A stretch of DNA of 63,840 bases, counting the filler, from Phoronis australis (lineage: Eukaryota; Animalia; Phoronida): assembly GCA_002633005.1 (NCBI GenBank). It is 11 parts of 11 records of this genome, joined end to end, with 100 filler letters (N's around TTAATTAATTAA, not from the genome) between each part and the next. Parts side by side here need not be neighbours in the genome. Positions count along the whole stretch, not along the records: positions 9,669 to 13,298 come from NMRA01002932.1; positions 13,399 to 16,170 come from NMRA01003433.1; positions 16,271 to 20,453 come from NMRA01000760.1; positions 20,554 to 36,887 come from NMRA01001511.1; 7 more parts are not named here. One strand, written 5' to 3'. The translations under genes were made by a program, and so were the position numbers. Below the pieces are notes generated by a model. That model worked only from the letters and a program-made list of their open reading frames with translations. It was not told the DNA's origin and made no database searches. Each line of letters begins with the position of its first letter. The stretch's first letter is position 1. This document shows positions 10,669-26,731 of the stretch, piece by piece.

Positions 10669-13298
10669 ATAAAGCGAAAACTGCTAACTGAGCTAAAAGA
10701 TTTGAAGAAGCAATTACAGTCCAGGAAGTCCACCACAGTCACCGAGGAAGACGGAAGCTCCTCCATTTCACCAAAAGACGGCGTGTCACATTCTAGTCAA
10801 CTCATGGTTATCGATACAGGTAAGTTGTTCTATGATGTGCCTTGGCTACCTATTATCATGCATGCCTCAGCTTTGATATTTCCTTAAACAAAAATCAGTA
10901 AAAGTCACACTAGTGTAGTGTGCGCAAGTGGGATTTTTGCTGAACCTGAACTAAGTTCTACGGTAAGGCTGCTCTGTCATTGACTCTTATCGTGTCAGAT
11001 AAGTCTTTACTTGGATGGAATATCTTGCTCCAGTTTAACCAGACTTCTGGGATTTTTATTGGTTACATACAGCACAGGTCATGAATTTTAGTCTGACTGG
11101 TTGGCATTCAAGTCAGCAACCTATTGTTGACTGGTCCTCTTTATCTTCGATGTTCTTTCAATATTCATGAAATTTGACATGTGGGTTTCTATTGAGGAGA
11201 GCACTTTCCGTCGGTGTTGATTTTTATACTGATCTGACTGCTCCCAATGTTGCCCCTAAACGTCAACCTGTCATTTCGTCTGCCAACTTCTTCAACTAAA
11301 TAAATCTTCATGAAGTTTGACCTGTATGTTCCTAATGAGGATAGTACAACTGGTGTTACTTTTCGAGTGGATCTTATTTCTGTGGATGTACGGGAAAAAT
11401 GAGCTCTCATTCTTGCCGTTAGGTACATGCACACTATTGGAGCATATCAACGCTTTGTATTGCTCTTTTTGGGTCATCAAGTGTGACAAAATTTCAATGT
11501 TTTTCTTGTAGCACACAAATTTATTCTTTGTTTCTGTCTTCAAAACCTCGTGGTCAAATAAGTTACTCATCAGCCGGTGTTCAATCTACCATGCCCCATA
11601 TAACGAGGACGAGGTGTGAAGCTCATTTCTGCATTCCATTGTGGACTGCTTTCTAATGGAAACATGTTACCTATTTGAATTTTGTTTTATATGTTTAACT
11701 CTTACAGAGGAGCTGCCTCCTTGGGATTTTTCTCTTCCAACCAAAACTTTGGAGACTGAAAATATCACACCAAGAAGAACCGAGCAGCCCAGCACAAGTT
11801 GCCCTGTTCAAGAAACACCACCAACACGAACAATCTGCCTCCAGTCTGTCAAAAGTGATTTTTTACACCCTCATGCTTCAGGCAAAGACTGTGATTTCTT
11901 CCCCGTTTTCGTTGCACCTCCTGTGGGTGCACAACTGGGTACAAATCATATTGCCCACAGCAGTGGAAACTCTCTTCTCAAGAGTAGTTCTGAAGCTGAT
12001 GTAGCTGTTCAGGGGAGAAAGCTCTGTGATATGTCTTCTGCTACAAAAGTTTCTGATGGCAGTACGGTTGATATTAAGTTAAAAAATTCTTCCGCTAATG
12101 AACCAGCCCTGCCATCGATTTTTGCAAAACATGAGTTTGTTGAATTTGGATCTGTTACTGTTGAGAACAATATAACACGTGTGTCAAATGTTGCTGGTGA
12201 AAACATTATCAAGCCAGTCCCTTCCCTTATTGAAAGCAGTGTTCCATCATGTGAGTCCAACTCCTCAGCCACACGTGAAGACAGTATTGTGTCTGCCGCG
12301 AACTGTACACCTGCTAAACAAGTGATTGGGATACCAAATGGAAACAAGGTCAATGTCGGATCTGAAACTGACCAGGAGAAGACTTCTGAACACGATGACC
12401 CCAAACCTGTTGCTACCAAAGAAATGTGCACAAAATCAGCAGGTGAGACTACGCATATCATTTCAAGCCGCAATGAAGGCAAAAGCGACAACGTCGGCAA
12501 AGGTGTAGGTCAGAAGCTTGTAACGCAAGTGCACGATGCTAGTTCTGTGTCAATTTTAAACACACAAGCAAAGGGTCCAATTAGACTCACAGGTGATGGA
12601 AATAACGAGTCTTGTGATACTTCAACCATTTGTGGTGAAGTTGGTCCCATCAGCGGCTGTGTGGTAAAGGATGGAGAAGAAGGTAATGCAGGGCTTTGCA
12701 ACTTGAACTCAACCAAAACTAACAAGGCTGGAGATACTGATTCCGGTGAAGAGAAAGGTGGGGAGGGTCAAGAACAAACGAACACTGCTCAGAGCGACAA
12801 CGGTCCAACTAATCCATTAGATATGCCTAGTCAAGTTTGTCCACCATCTGCAAATGTGATGCAGCGCAGAATAGTATACACTCTTGAAAATCTTAAAGGC
12901 CGCGTGGTTTTCCATCACATTCTACCAAAGCTTTGGGATGGTGTTAGTAACCCTGTGTACACTGTCAGTAAGACAACAAAAAGCAGGGCACCATACAAGA
13001 AAAGAGCAAAGCCAGTAGAAAAAGGAATTGAAAAGAGTGGGGACGATGTTCCTCTGCTTCTAAGTGTTGAAACTGAAGAGCAGCATATCCGTAGTCAGAG
13101 CAAAAAGGATAAGGATTCCAACGCTCGCAATGGCATCACATTGGGTAATGTAGAGCAGGTAGTGTGGAAGAACGACATGCTTGCCGTGACGCGAGCGATG
13201 GAGAAAGGGATGGCTGAGAGGATGAGTGGGTGTCGGGTAGTACTGGAGAGATACGATGAAAAAGAGGCTGGTGGAGCGTCTGAGCCCGAGTGGTCTTC
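10669..13298 (+). CDS. Two exons (10669-10819; 11708->13298) of an unidentified large low-complexity protein, truncated by linker
   Basis: ttttcag|IKRKLLTELKDLKKQLQ...VIDT G|gtaag joins in phase 1 to cttacag|ag (EELPPWDF...). About 530 uninterrupted S/T/E/K-rich codons with a basic patch PYKKRAK and a CRVVLER motif; no domain recognised. Confidence 0.8.
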
Positions 13299-15687
13299 NN
13301 NNNNNNNNNNNNNNNNNNNNNNNNNNNNNNNNNNNNNNNNNNTTAATTAATTAANNNNNNNNNNNNNNNNNNNNNNNNNNNNNNNNNNNNNNNNNNNNTT
13401 ATTTTTGACCAGATCTATGAAACAACCAAATCCATTGCTTTGAGAATTTGTTAGAAATATCCATTTCCCTGGCCTTCAGGAGAATCTGTTGAAATTAGTC
13501 CTGCATAGACATTAACTTTTGACATGCCCCTACTGTTGCCATGCTAGGTGATTAGTGTTATGCGGGCCCTTTACATACACACAGCTTAGAAACGGAGGCA
13601 AGGCGGAAGTTGCAGGCAGGAATGCAGAGTGTCCATGGGCGAAGATGCAAATTGCAGGAGTCACAGCACATCATTTTTACTGCTGTTGTTATGTTACTTC
13701 TAATTTCCCCAATGTACGTAATTTGCGACATTGAGTTTTGCTTCAATGGTCTTTTTTTTTTGATCAGCTGATTAAAGATTTCATGGGCATGCCTATTGTA
13801 CATCAAATATTTGAATATATTGAACCCAGTCTTGACTGGTAGCTGTGTGGAATAGTCGTACAATTTGCTGACAATAACTGGAAGTCCCGGTTAAAGTAAA
13901 TAAGCACTGAACAGCTGAGTGGCATATCCTAGAAAATGCATGAAAATTATCACCTGTATATTTGTACGTTTTTGCAAGGCGCAATAGAGATGATACTGTC
14001 TGCGTTGCGTTTACGTTGAGACGTACAGTTGACATGGAGCAAGAAGATCCAATGCAACTTGTTCTACCTCACAAACGGGTGTCAAAAGTTGCCACCACGG
14101 TGCCAGTTTGGTCCCTCAGTTCTGTTTACACAAATACTTGCACCCAGTTATCTTGTTCCATGTCAGCTGATTCATGTCAACTTAAGTGTAAAGGGACTAT
14201 TGAAGCCCATGACCTTATTGGTTAAATTGACCTTAAGCTTCTCCACTGAAGTTATAGGTGTTTGTCCATTATGAGACTTATCACAGTTATGTAAGACTGT
14301 GGCAACTCTTGTGCAAGCACCAAGGTCTCAAATTTTTACTTAAATTACCCAAAAGTTGAATATAAATCGGTAAATAAAACAACAAGAATGGATCAACTGA
14401 AATTTGAAATTTTCGGAGGTAACAACTTCCTTTATCAACAAAAACAGAAATAAAAGTTGAGAAATCTATTTGTGAGTTGCCAGTTTTTTTTAATGAACTC
14501 ATTGCAAACAAAATTTGCTAGAAAAGAAATTCATTTTTTTCATAAAAATGTGAAGTTATCGATGCTTGAAATGCTTGAGTATGTTACTTAATACATTATG
14601 TTTTTGTTTAAAGTGATTAAAGTATTTTTATTTAAGAAAATGTTGTACACCAAAATTTACTTTGGAGTCACCCTTATGGGTAAGATTCAGGCAGTTAAAG
14701 AACCAGTGGATGTGCTTGCCAGTATTTGGGTCACGTAAAATAGTTGGTATTGCGAAATTGCTAATTCTGTAACAATAGTTTTAGACAACCTGAGGAAACT
14801 ATTTGACAGTGTTTAGTAAAATCAAAGTCTGCTGCCTGAATGCTTTGCTACAAATACGTAAGTTTTAAATTAGTCCCTGCCAGAAGCAAGGGAAAGCTTC
14901 CTCCTGTTTATAATCATGACAATAAAATGGGCTTTACAGTAGTGATTTCTGTCACTTACCATCAAAAGGGAGTTATGAAGGTTGCTTATCACAACAATAG
15001 TTGCTACATTATGCCTTTATTCTTGTGTAATGTTCTGACATTCAGTGACATTGCTCTTTCTTAATTCATTGAGATACTTAGGATGTCATGAAGGTGACCA
15101 AGTGCAAATGTTGAAGGAAATTAGTGCCTCTTGTCCTCTCTTAAATCATAGCTTTGTTTCCTGTAGTTAGGTTGGTTGTTAACTTGAAGGCTTTATTTTT
15201 TATTTTTTTTAATGAAACACGCAAGATTTTTCTTTCTTTAACTTCCTGGAAAGAAAATTTAACCAAGACGTTAGTCTCACACCTTAGTGTTTCATTGTTG
15301 GGATTAGTCATATGCAAACACACACACAAAGCTTTCTATATTTATTGCTTAGCTAGTCTTTTAACCAGCTTTTTACAAATCCTAAATTGTCATCAGTTAC
15401 AATGACAGATTTGTTTGGAGTGGGAACGTGTGGGTTCTTTCTTGAACATTCAAAGTCCAGACCAAAGTACTACCCTGGCAAACTGGAACTTAGGGGCCTG
15501 AGAAAATATCAAAGTGGAGCTGAGTCATATCTGCTTTATTCCAATGGCTTTCCTGCTACATCCAATTTCAGAATGGCATAATACCTACTTAAGTTGACGG
15601 TATGTCTTGTCCAAACTATTGCCACGATGAGAGCTCCTCCGAGAGTTAACCATTTAAATTCATATTTGATCACAATGTTACTTTCAG

Positions 15688-15924
15688 GTCTCCTTGTACC
15701 GCAGAATGCCCTTGAAGTCTATGTCCAGGTTGTGGGGTAAAGTGAATGATCTCACTCTGCCAGTGTTCCTCCGCAGTCCTATGTACCGACTGTACATCTG
15801 GTGTTTTGACTGCAACTTGAAGGAAGCTGCCATTCAGGATCTCACCCATTACAAGAACCTCGGCGAGTTCTTTAGACGACAACTGAAACCCAGCTGTAGA
15901 CCAATTGATGCTCAACACGCTCTA
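15688..15924 (+). CDS. PISD: Phosphatidylserine decarboxylase (mitochondrial type), internal exon
   Basis: ctttcag|VSLYRRMPLKSMSRLWGKVNDLTLPVFLRSPMYRLYIWCFDCNLKEAAIQDLTHYKNLGEFFRRQLKPSCRPIDAQHAL|gtaagt, 237 nt phase 0-0; SRxWG and FFRRxLKP..RP motifs of PISD/Psd1. Confidence 0.93.
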
Positions 15925-17603
15925 GTAAGTAATCGTAACTTGATGGGCAATTTCACTTTAAGTGCAGAACCTCAAACCTGCTACGTGAAAAATTAATGTC
16001 ATTTTTTCCCTGTTTGGGAATTTTCTAGACAAGTACACTTTTTGTGCCAGTGCTCTTTCTTTTTCGATTGTCCTCCACATCCTGTCAGTGTGAAATGGGG
16101 ACACATTATTCACGACTGTCTGTTCATCCGTTTCTTGGTCACAATGGTCTTGGCACAATGTCTGAATCTGNNNNNNNNNNNNNNNNNNNNNNNNNNNNNN
16201 NNNNNNNNNNNNNNTTAATTAATTAANNNNNNNNNNNNNNNNNNNNNNNNNNNNNNNNNNNNNNNNNNNNCATGGAACCCTTTTTCTTCAAACACCGTTT
16301 CTTCACCGGACAACACCTAATTCATTAGCAACGCCAACTAAAGGTCTCATCGATGGAGTCTTTGAAACTCTCTGTATGTAAACACTCAGACGCTATTTGT
16401 ACGCTCCGTCAAAATCCAAAGTTTCTTTTTTAAGTTTTACTTGCCTGACTACCAGGTGAGGAGGTCTACTGTAGACACTTGACGTCAATGAAAAGTAATT
16501 AATTTCATGAAAAATGTACCTAGCAGCTTTAAAAATAATGAATGAATACTGAAAACGTGCACTGCAGCCGAGCGGTGCAACCCCGGTCCAGTCAAGTCTA
16601 GTGGAGTGTACAAGAAAATTTAACCGTTTTAAAAAGCACGGTAAAGGGGAGCAGACCTTTGAAAAGTTTTACAGAAAATGGCCCTATTTAATTCTAAAAG
16701 GCGTTACATGATGACTGAAATTGCTGAAGATCCGACCAAGTGAACATGCAAGCAAAGCGTTCAGCATTTAATTGAAGATTTATAATTTGCTGAGATGTGT
16801 TCCAGGGATGTATAAATGGGCTGTAAATTAAAAGCGAGCCTTACAGTTATCTGTAACATATCGTTACCAAAGTTTCAAGTACCGGTTGGAAACAGCTCGG
16901 TGCCTCGGAGTATTAAACCCGAAAGTTTAGTACTGAGTGCTGTTGTGAACTATGTAGAAAGTCCTGCAGTCATTCATCGATCAAGGCTGCATTAAGCACA
17001 TGAATGAAATTTCGTGTAAAATTTAACGCTTGATAGTTTGTTTTGTGACCGCGTTCTGTATTACGTCCTCAAGCCATGAAGGACAAAAGCACTGCTGGGA
17101 TTTTGAGGCGTAAAATTCTTAGTAAAGTGTATTTACTGAATAATGTACTTAGAAATCTCTTATTGTCATCAAAGAGGCGAGTACGGTTTGCAAAAAAAAA
17201 AAAAAATTAGAAACATACAACAAAGTGTCAGGAATAATTGGCTGAGTCGGATCTATCGTCATCGGTCTGGTTCATAGGCGGCACTGAGTTGACGCGAAAT
17301 TACGGCGTGAGAAGTTATGTGGATGCCATTGAGGAAGGAGCTAAAACGATAAAAGCTCATAAAAATAAAAGCTTATTTAGGAAAGCTGTACCTGGCAGAC
17401 CCATTCACTTAACACTTTTATGGCAAACATTTAGATATATCAACGGTGCATTGCAACTCGGTCTGAGGTATTCGCTTGGCCTGCGAAGTCGGACCGTATA
17501 CGAAGACCAAGCTAACTTGGTCTGGAGGCATACTTGGCCTACAACACATAAGCGGAAGTCGCGCGTCATGACGTTATCTACCGGTAGTTACAAAACCCGC
17601 GCG

Positions 17604-18074
17604 ATGGACGTCGATGCGCATCGCAGTATTTTACTATCTTTAGGTATAGAATTTGATTCGGGGCCTGTTTATTTCTCCCTGAATCCTCAACGTGATCACA
17701 ACGAATCCGTGAAAACCTTGGAGACTAAAACAAAACGTAAGAAAATCAGCCATAATCAGGAACTCGAACAGACAGTAAGTGGAATGTTGATTCCCGTTTT
17801 TCGTCTGGCAAGAAATCCCGTGCGGGGTATTCTCACGTTCTCACGCCTTCAGAAGGCCATGGAAAAGCTTTCCTGTAGAGACAAGTTGAACAAGTTCTGT
17901 CGATGCCACTGGTATGCTGATGACACGGATGAAGCTGCGAAAGGGTTTGCAGTTTTCTTTGAAAAGGACAACGAAGCCAGGCAGACTGAAACTCAGCTGC
18001 AAGAAGTGGCAAATCTGCTGAAGAATAAGTTTGAATTGGAGGATTATTACAGATTAAAGTACGCACACGTTTGA
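17604..18074 (+). CDS. Intronless orphan ORF (156 aa from ATG 17604; frame open from 17238)
   Basis: Long open frame in AT-rich DNA, CpG-rich GCGGAAGT-containing segment just upstream of the ATG, AATAAA at 18102. No recognisable domain. Confidence 0.4.
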   Translation: MDVDAHRSILLSLGIEFDSGPVYFSLNPQRDHNESVKTLETKTKRKKISHNQELEQTVSGMLIPVFRLARNPVRGILTFSRLQKAMEKLSCRDKLNKFCRCHWYADDTDEAAKGFAVFFEKDNEARQTETQLQEVANLLKNKFELEDYYRLKYAHV

Positions 18075-18525
18075 TTAGTATCAATTTCAAATTAAATTGT
18101 CAATAAACCCACCTTCCAACATGAAGTTGAAACAAGTGATTTTGAAACTCGCCCTTGTCAAATATATAGAGCTTACAGGGCCTTCACTGGCTTCACTGCA
18201 TGGACTTAGGCTCTACGACTCTGACGTGTTGGCTTCTCACGTCATGTCATTTTATGTGTCGGGCATGGCCTCAACTAAGTAATAGTGAACTGTGAGCTCT
18301 TTGCATTCTCAAAAATAACTTCTAATTCGAGGAAGGAATAAGTTGAAACCAATTTATAGGGGTAATTGACGTGAATCAAAAGTTTGCTTGTTGGACGGAA
18401 TGTGGGCTACAGCAGCATAAAACATGGTAGTTGGTTTGCCTCGTTATCCGTAGTCTATGGTTTGACCATAGATACTCATTATCCATTGTCTGTGGTTTGA
18501 CCATGCTCGTTATCCGTCTATGGTT

Positions 18526-19530
18526 CAGTGGCGGATCTAGGATATCACAAGGGGGGGCCCAACATCTTGTCCAGCTGTAAGCATTTGCGCAAACCACGAT
18601 TGTAGATGCGCATAGCACCGAATGGGGGGAGGTCGAAATTTTTCTGATTTTTCCTCTAAAAATCAAGCATTTTCCTTGATTTCTGATGTATTATCCAAGA
18701 AAAAAAGGAAAAAAAACCACAGGAAAATTGCATCTTTCACAGACTCGAACTCACGACCTGGTTGATAGGACGCGCGTGCTTTGCCACTACACCACCACGA
18801 TTTCACTAACACATTCAAACTAAGAGACCTACTTNNNNNNNNNNNNNNNNNNNNNNNNNNNNNNNNNNNNNNNNNNNNNNNNNNNNNNNNNNNNNNNNNN
18901 NNNNNNNNNNNNNNNNNNNNNNNNNNNNNNNNNNNNNNNNNNNNNNNNNNNNNNNNNNNNNNNNNNNNNNNNNNNNNNNNNNNNNNNNNNNNNNNNNNNN
19001 NNNNNNNNNNNNNNNNNNNNNNNNNNNNNNNNNNNNNNNNNNNNNNNNNNNNNNNNNNNNNNNNNNNNNNNNNNNNNNNNNNNNNNNNNNNNNNNNNNNN
19101 NNNNNNNNNNNNNNNNNNNNNNNNNNNNNNNNNNNNNNNNNNNNNNNNNNNNNNNNNNNNNNNNNNNNNNNNNNNNNNNNNNNNNNNNNNNNNNNNNNNN
19201 NNNNNNNNNNNNNNNNNNNNNNNNNNNNNNNNNNNNNNNNNNNNNNNNNNNNNNNNNNNNNNNNNNNNNNNNNNNNNNNNNNNNNNNNNNNNNNNNNNNN
19301 NNNNNNNNNNNNNNNNNNNNNNNNNNNNNNNNNNNNNNNNNNNNNNNNNNNNNNNNNNCAAACACTAAAACTGCACACATTTAAATCTTTTTTCATCTGC
19401 ATAATTTTAATTACGGGGGCAAATTAATAAACTCAACGTTTCCCTACGCTCTTGCTGTTTTAATTTTTTTGCGCCAGCCAAGGGGGGGGGGGGGGGCTGG
19501 GCCCCTGGGCCCCCCCCTAAATCCGCCTAT
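18526..19530. mobile_element. Non-autonomous TIR element (CAGTGGCGGATCTAGG...CCTAAATCCGCCTATG) containing a tRNA-like segment; spans an N gap
   Basis: Left ~310 bp matches 26732-27085. The putative right end at 19480-19530 is an imperfect inverted copy, but it lies across the gap so the pairing is uncertain. Confidence 0.6.
18741..18797 (-). other. tRNA-derived Pol III promoter-like segment (A box TGGTGTAGTGG, B box GTTCGAGTC); second copy 26992-27047
   Basis: Box A/B at tRNA-like spacing on the minus strand, followed by T runs. The anticodon arm does not pair, so this is not a functional tRNA. Confidence 0.55.
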
Positions 19531-19642
19531 GTGGTTTCAGTACATGCGCTATGACTTCTTGAAAATAGGTCTCCAGTTGTATAAGTGCTATAAGCTCAGC
19601 CATGTATGCTGGGGGATGCCAGTGATCATTGTTGACAGTAGA

Positions 19643-20322
19643 GGGGCACCATTTCATGAAACTTTTTCAGTCCTACAAAGATTGAAATTGGGCAAACTTA
19701 AGGCCAATTTGTCATGGATTTTCTTAAGTCTTAAGACCGCAATTAATTAATACAGAAATTGGTCTAATTTAAGATGGAATGTTAGCCTGCTACAGAGTAG
19801 GATTAAGATCGCAATTTTGGCCTAAACTTCCATCACTGTTTAACTGTTGAATAAGCTTCTAAGTTATGGATTTTTTCTTTTTTCAATATAATGGTCCCAA
19901 ACAATGTCAAATTAAAGATTGTCTGCTTTCGATTCGAGAACTGCAGGCAAAGCACTGTAGATATAGTGCAGAAAGACTAATCTGCTCTGAAGTGATGTTT
20001 TCCACTCGCACCAGGATCTTCTCTGAAAGTACATGTGATTAGCAACCATAAATGTTATCAATTTATAAATTTCCAATCAGAGTTTCAAGATCAATATTAT
20101 ATTTGAAACTGGATTCTGCATATCACCTTACGGAGTTTTGTGAATTCGCAACTGGTGGCTAAAGTAAATTGTTAGTATGGTCTCTCGTGGCAAAAACCTA
20201 ACAAATTTTTGTCAAAGTTAGCTCCAAAGACCGAAAACCAATCTGAGTTTTCGCCGTAGCTCCTGACTTAGACACGTTTTTGTTCTTAATTATCAATGCA
20301 CTTTTCATGAAATGAGTCTCAG
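19643..20322. mobile_element. MITE with short TIRs (ccatttcatgaaa...tttcatgaaatgag)
   Basis: Inverted terminal motifs about 680 bp apart; superfamily not established. Confidence 0.4.
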
Positions 20323-20346
20323 GTGGTAGATATGTAATAATCTAAC

Positions 20347-20453
20347 CATCGCTCCCATCACTACATGGTGCCCACATACACATACTAACATCACTCCCAT
20401 CACTACATGGTGCCCACATACACATACTAACATCACTCCCATCACTACATGGT
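20347..20453. repeat. 42-bp tandem repeat, ~2.5 copies, at contig end
   Basis: Unit catcactcccatcactacatggtgcccacatacacatactaa. Confidence 0.9.
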
Positions 20454-21238
20454 NNNNNNNNNNNNNNNNNNNNNNNNNNNNNNNNNNNNNNNNNNNNTTA
20501 ATTAATTAANNNNNNNNNNNNNNNNNNNNNNNNNNNNNNNNNNNNNNNNNNNNATATTCTTGCCATCTTGTTAACATCGTGTGAAGGCTGTAGGCTTGCC
20601 ACTGACCAGTGGAAGTGAGACAGAAGTGCGATCTCTTTGTGAACCTCGCACTAGGTCTCCTGTGTTTTCCCATTCTCCACCAATGCATTAGTACTGACAA
20701 CTGAAGTAGAGCAAAAATCTGTTTAATTTTTTGGCAAAATGTCTGTTCGATTTATAAAATCAATACAGGGTTGTTATTGATTAATTTACTTCCATTACAT
20801 TGTCATCTTAAAGTATGAAAGGTCACTTACCTCTTGAAAATTGGTCTCAACTGGTTCCTTACTTGGAGGAGAAGTGATGTCTGAGTTTGCAAGGAACTGA
20901 CATTTCGTTATTCGTTATTCCTTGACCGTGTTTGGTACATAAAATGACATGCTGTGACGAGCCAACCTGGAGTGCCTGGTCTCATGTGGTAGCAAACTGT
21001 CAGTTTTTTTCCAACCATTTTGAGACCAATTTCACAATGAGAATAGTGTTCTTAATCAAAATTTGTTAGTTCTAGCGGTAGATGGGTTTATAGGCGTTTT
21101 AATTTGTGTTATTTTCTCTTATTTTTAGGCAGTTGTCGTATTGTACATTGTTTGTACCATATCTTACCTTTGTCATACGTGAAGACATCACTAACTGTAA
21201 CAGTTGTTGTGTAACTAAAAACTTTAGTATTGGTCTGA

Positions 21239-24121
<2,883 letters not shown>

Positions 24122-26731
24122 ATGAGCTGAAATGCAAAGTCTTAATTCATACATTGTTCTTCACTAAGTCATGTTTCTGGTCTTTGCTGTTCAGTTTCTC
24201 ATACATTAAATAAAGAGAACAGCTGCCTTGTAATGGGGAGCGGGTTCATATGCATTAAGGTGTTGCCGTGGAAACGTAGCCCATGAGCACTCCCTCCGTT
24301 CTTATTGTACTGAGGACCTGTATTTCGCTAGCACTACCTAGCGTGTATGAAGTTGCCCATTGCATGTTTTTTTGTGATTGGGCTTCATATGCTGTGGTAC
24401 CCAAGACCGACCGAACTCTACAAGAGCAACCCTTGGTAATATATGACATACTACATTGATGTAGCATTAATATTGGGAACTAAACACTTTGGTGTGCACA
24501 AGCAGCTAGAAAACCACGACAGAATTGTGAATTACTGAAAGTGAGAAACAGATAGTTGTTGTTATACTCTGATGTTTAGTATGCGAGGCAACATGTTCAG
24601 TTTATATCCCCTTCATATAAAAGACAGCACTTCAAAGACTGGTCATTTGTAGATTCTTAGTTTACTCTTTTGCTAAGGAGACTGTGAATTTAGTTTTTGG
24701 ATTGTATTGTATGAAACAATGAAAAGGATATGCAGCCACAAAATAATTTATTATAGTTGGTATTTTGTGAACCACGGGATTTCTCCATTGAAGATCATCA
24801 TACTAGGTCTGGATTCCGATTCTGTAAATACAAACTCTTTCCACAGAATGCATGTCAGGATTGTACATTCATAACTTGAATTCTTTGTGCTTTGTCTCTC
24901 TGTACGACTTGTTTGTTGGCCGTGATCACTTTCTCTATTGTATTGTTGTTGTCTCGGGTCGATACTAGTGCGTTTCCACTGAATGGTCTGCAAATATTTT
25001 ACAGGTGACTTAAAGCAAACCCATGTTTCATCCAAGAAACTTGATTTCGACCACTTTTCACTAAAAACTCAACTTGTTTCGTACTACTTCTGAGGATGTG
25101 ATGAGCGCAGAGTTCGTTATTCTTGGTGACAATGCTTGGCACTTAAGGAGACACCAACTTGTGCAGCCTGGTGTTGGTGTTTTGGAAGCCTTCGAGCCAC
25201 CTCCAATTTGAGATGTATTTCATGGTGCTAAACGGTTCAAAACAAAAGTTGGTTTTGGGAAGACAGGCGTAAAGTGTATCTTAGGAGACATTGATTGGGT
25301 CACGTTTTATTGGACCTGTTATCAATATTATTTCAGTGTTTAGTTTCAAATAGATGAGTACTGGCTCCATGATGATGTACCCTACACCTCTGATAGTGGT
25401 ACTAAAGAAGTAATAAGAGTTATACGATATTATTTTTGTACGTTTGTTGGAAACTGTTGATACTTTGCAAGTGCATAAGATCACCTTTAAACTAGGATTT
25501 TCTGTGTAACTCCTTTGTAATCTCATTTTGGAGAACATTGTTTTAGTAGTTTTTGCATGACTAATCGTGTAGAATGAATGGGCAAGTCTGTGTGTGTACA
25601 TTATTTGTGTACACAATGTAGTGGCCCTAGTGCAGTGCAATACATGTCAATAAAGTCATGGTATCAACACAAATAATCCTTTATATTGTATTATATACAT
25701 GTGATCACAAACAGTAGGAAACCAAAGACTCATTATCTTAATAGATTTGTTTAAACATTGACTGGTGTCGGACTGGATAAATTATGTTGGACTACAAAAT
25801 ACAATCATGCTACTATATTCTTACTTGCTAAGTGGTGGATTTACATCTCAGGCCCTGTTAACTGCTATTCAGCATGCATACATTGAATGAGACTTGACAG
25901 CTTATGAGAAAACTGACCAGCTTGTGAGGCACCATGTTAAAAGGGAATGCAAAACAATGAACATATCATTGGTCAATTTGGCACATTTCATTCACCAATA
26001 ACATGTTAACAGTGGTAACATTTGCATTTTTTTTCGTCTTCATGCCACAATACTTTTTGTTAGACAAACAATTTTCCTCTCTGGCATCCAGTGCAAATCA
26101 GGTGGCTACACCTAGTACACTAAAACCTGAAATACAAGCAGGAGTCATTTGTTCCACTAAACTAAGTATAGGACTTGAGAGGAAGAATAATTCAAGTAAT
26201 ACAGTCTTCTGCCTTGCACCTTATAACAATAATAATTGCTCTTTAATTAATGAGCACGCAATAAGTGGAAGTGAGAAGGCTTGTAGGGTAGCGTTCACAG
26301 ACGATCGCTGCGCAAATATGTTAATTAACTCAATTTTTCGTCTATTCATAAGAAATTACGTCAACCACAATCTGCCACACAGCATCACATTCTCTTCATA
26401 ACAAGTCTTAATTTCACCAGCGTTCATTTTCTGTGGGTCATAAAAAATCCTGGTTGCACTTTGTTATGAGAAAGCTTTTTTTAAGAATTTGTGAACTGTC
26501 CTTCACAACTCGTGGCTTGAAGAGCACACTAAATATTAGTATTTTCTAAACTGAACTCTGGTGCACTTCTACAAGAGGTGCATTTCATTTCTAAATCATA
26601 CTTGAACAAATTTTTTTAAGCAGAAATCTCACCAGTTGCATACCACAACACTCCACTAATTGGGTGAAGATCGTACAACTTCATGTGGTAGGCTTGTGCA
26701 ACGTGCTGACACACAAGATATAGATATACTA

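Noticed and set aside
12009-12725. Minus-strand ORFs of 163 and 71 aa
   Set aside because: Antisense shadows of the large plus-strand exon.
18741-18797. Functional tRNA gene
   Set aside because: A/B boxes are present but acceptor and anticodon stems do not pair and the two copies differ there.
18663-19402. Long ORFs made of X (also 5818-6526, 34045-34794, 59927-60496)
   Set aside because: They run through N gaps, so their length is an artefact.
20831-21035. Minus-strand exon-like stretch FLANSDITSPPSKEPVETNFQE|gtaagt nested in DDX43
   Set aside because: Poor acceptor, no consistent partner exon, and it overlaps one arm of an inverted repeat (aaattggtctcaa / ttgagaccaattt), which fits a MITE better.
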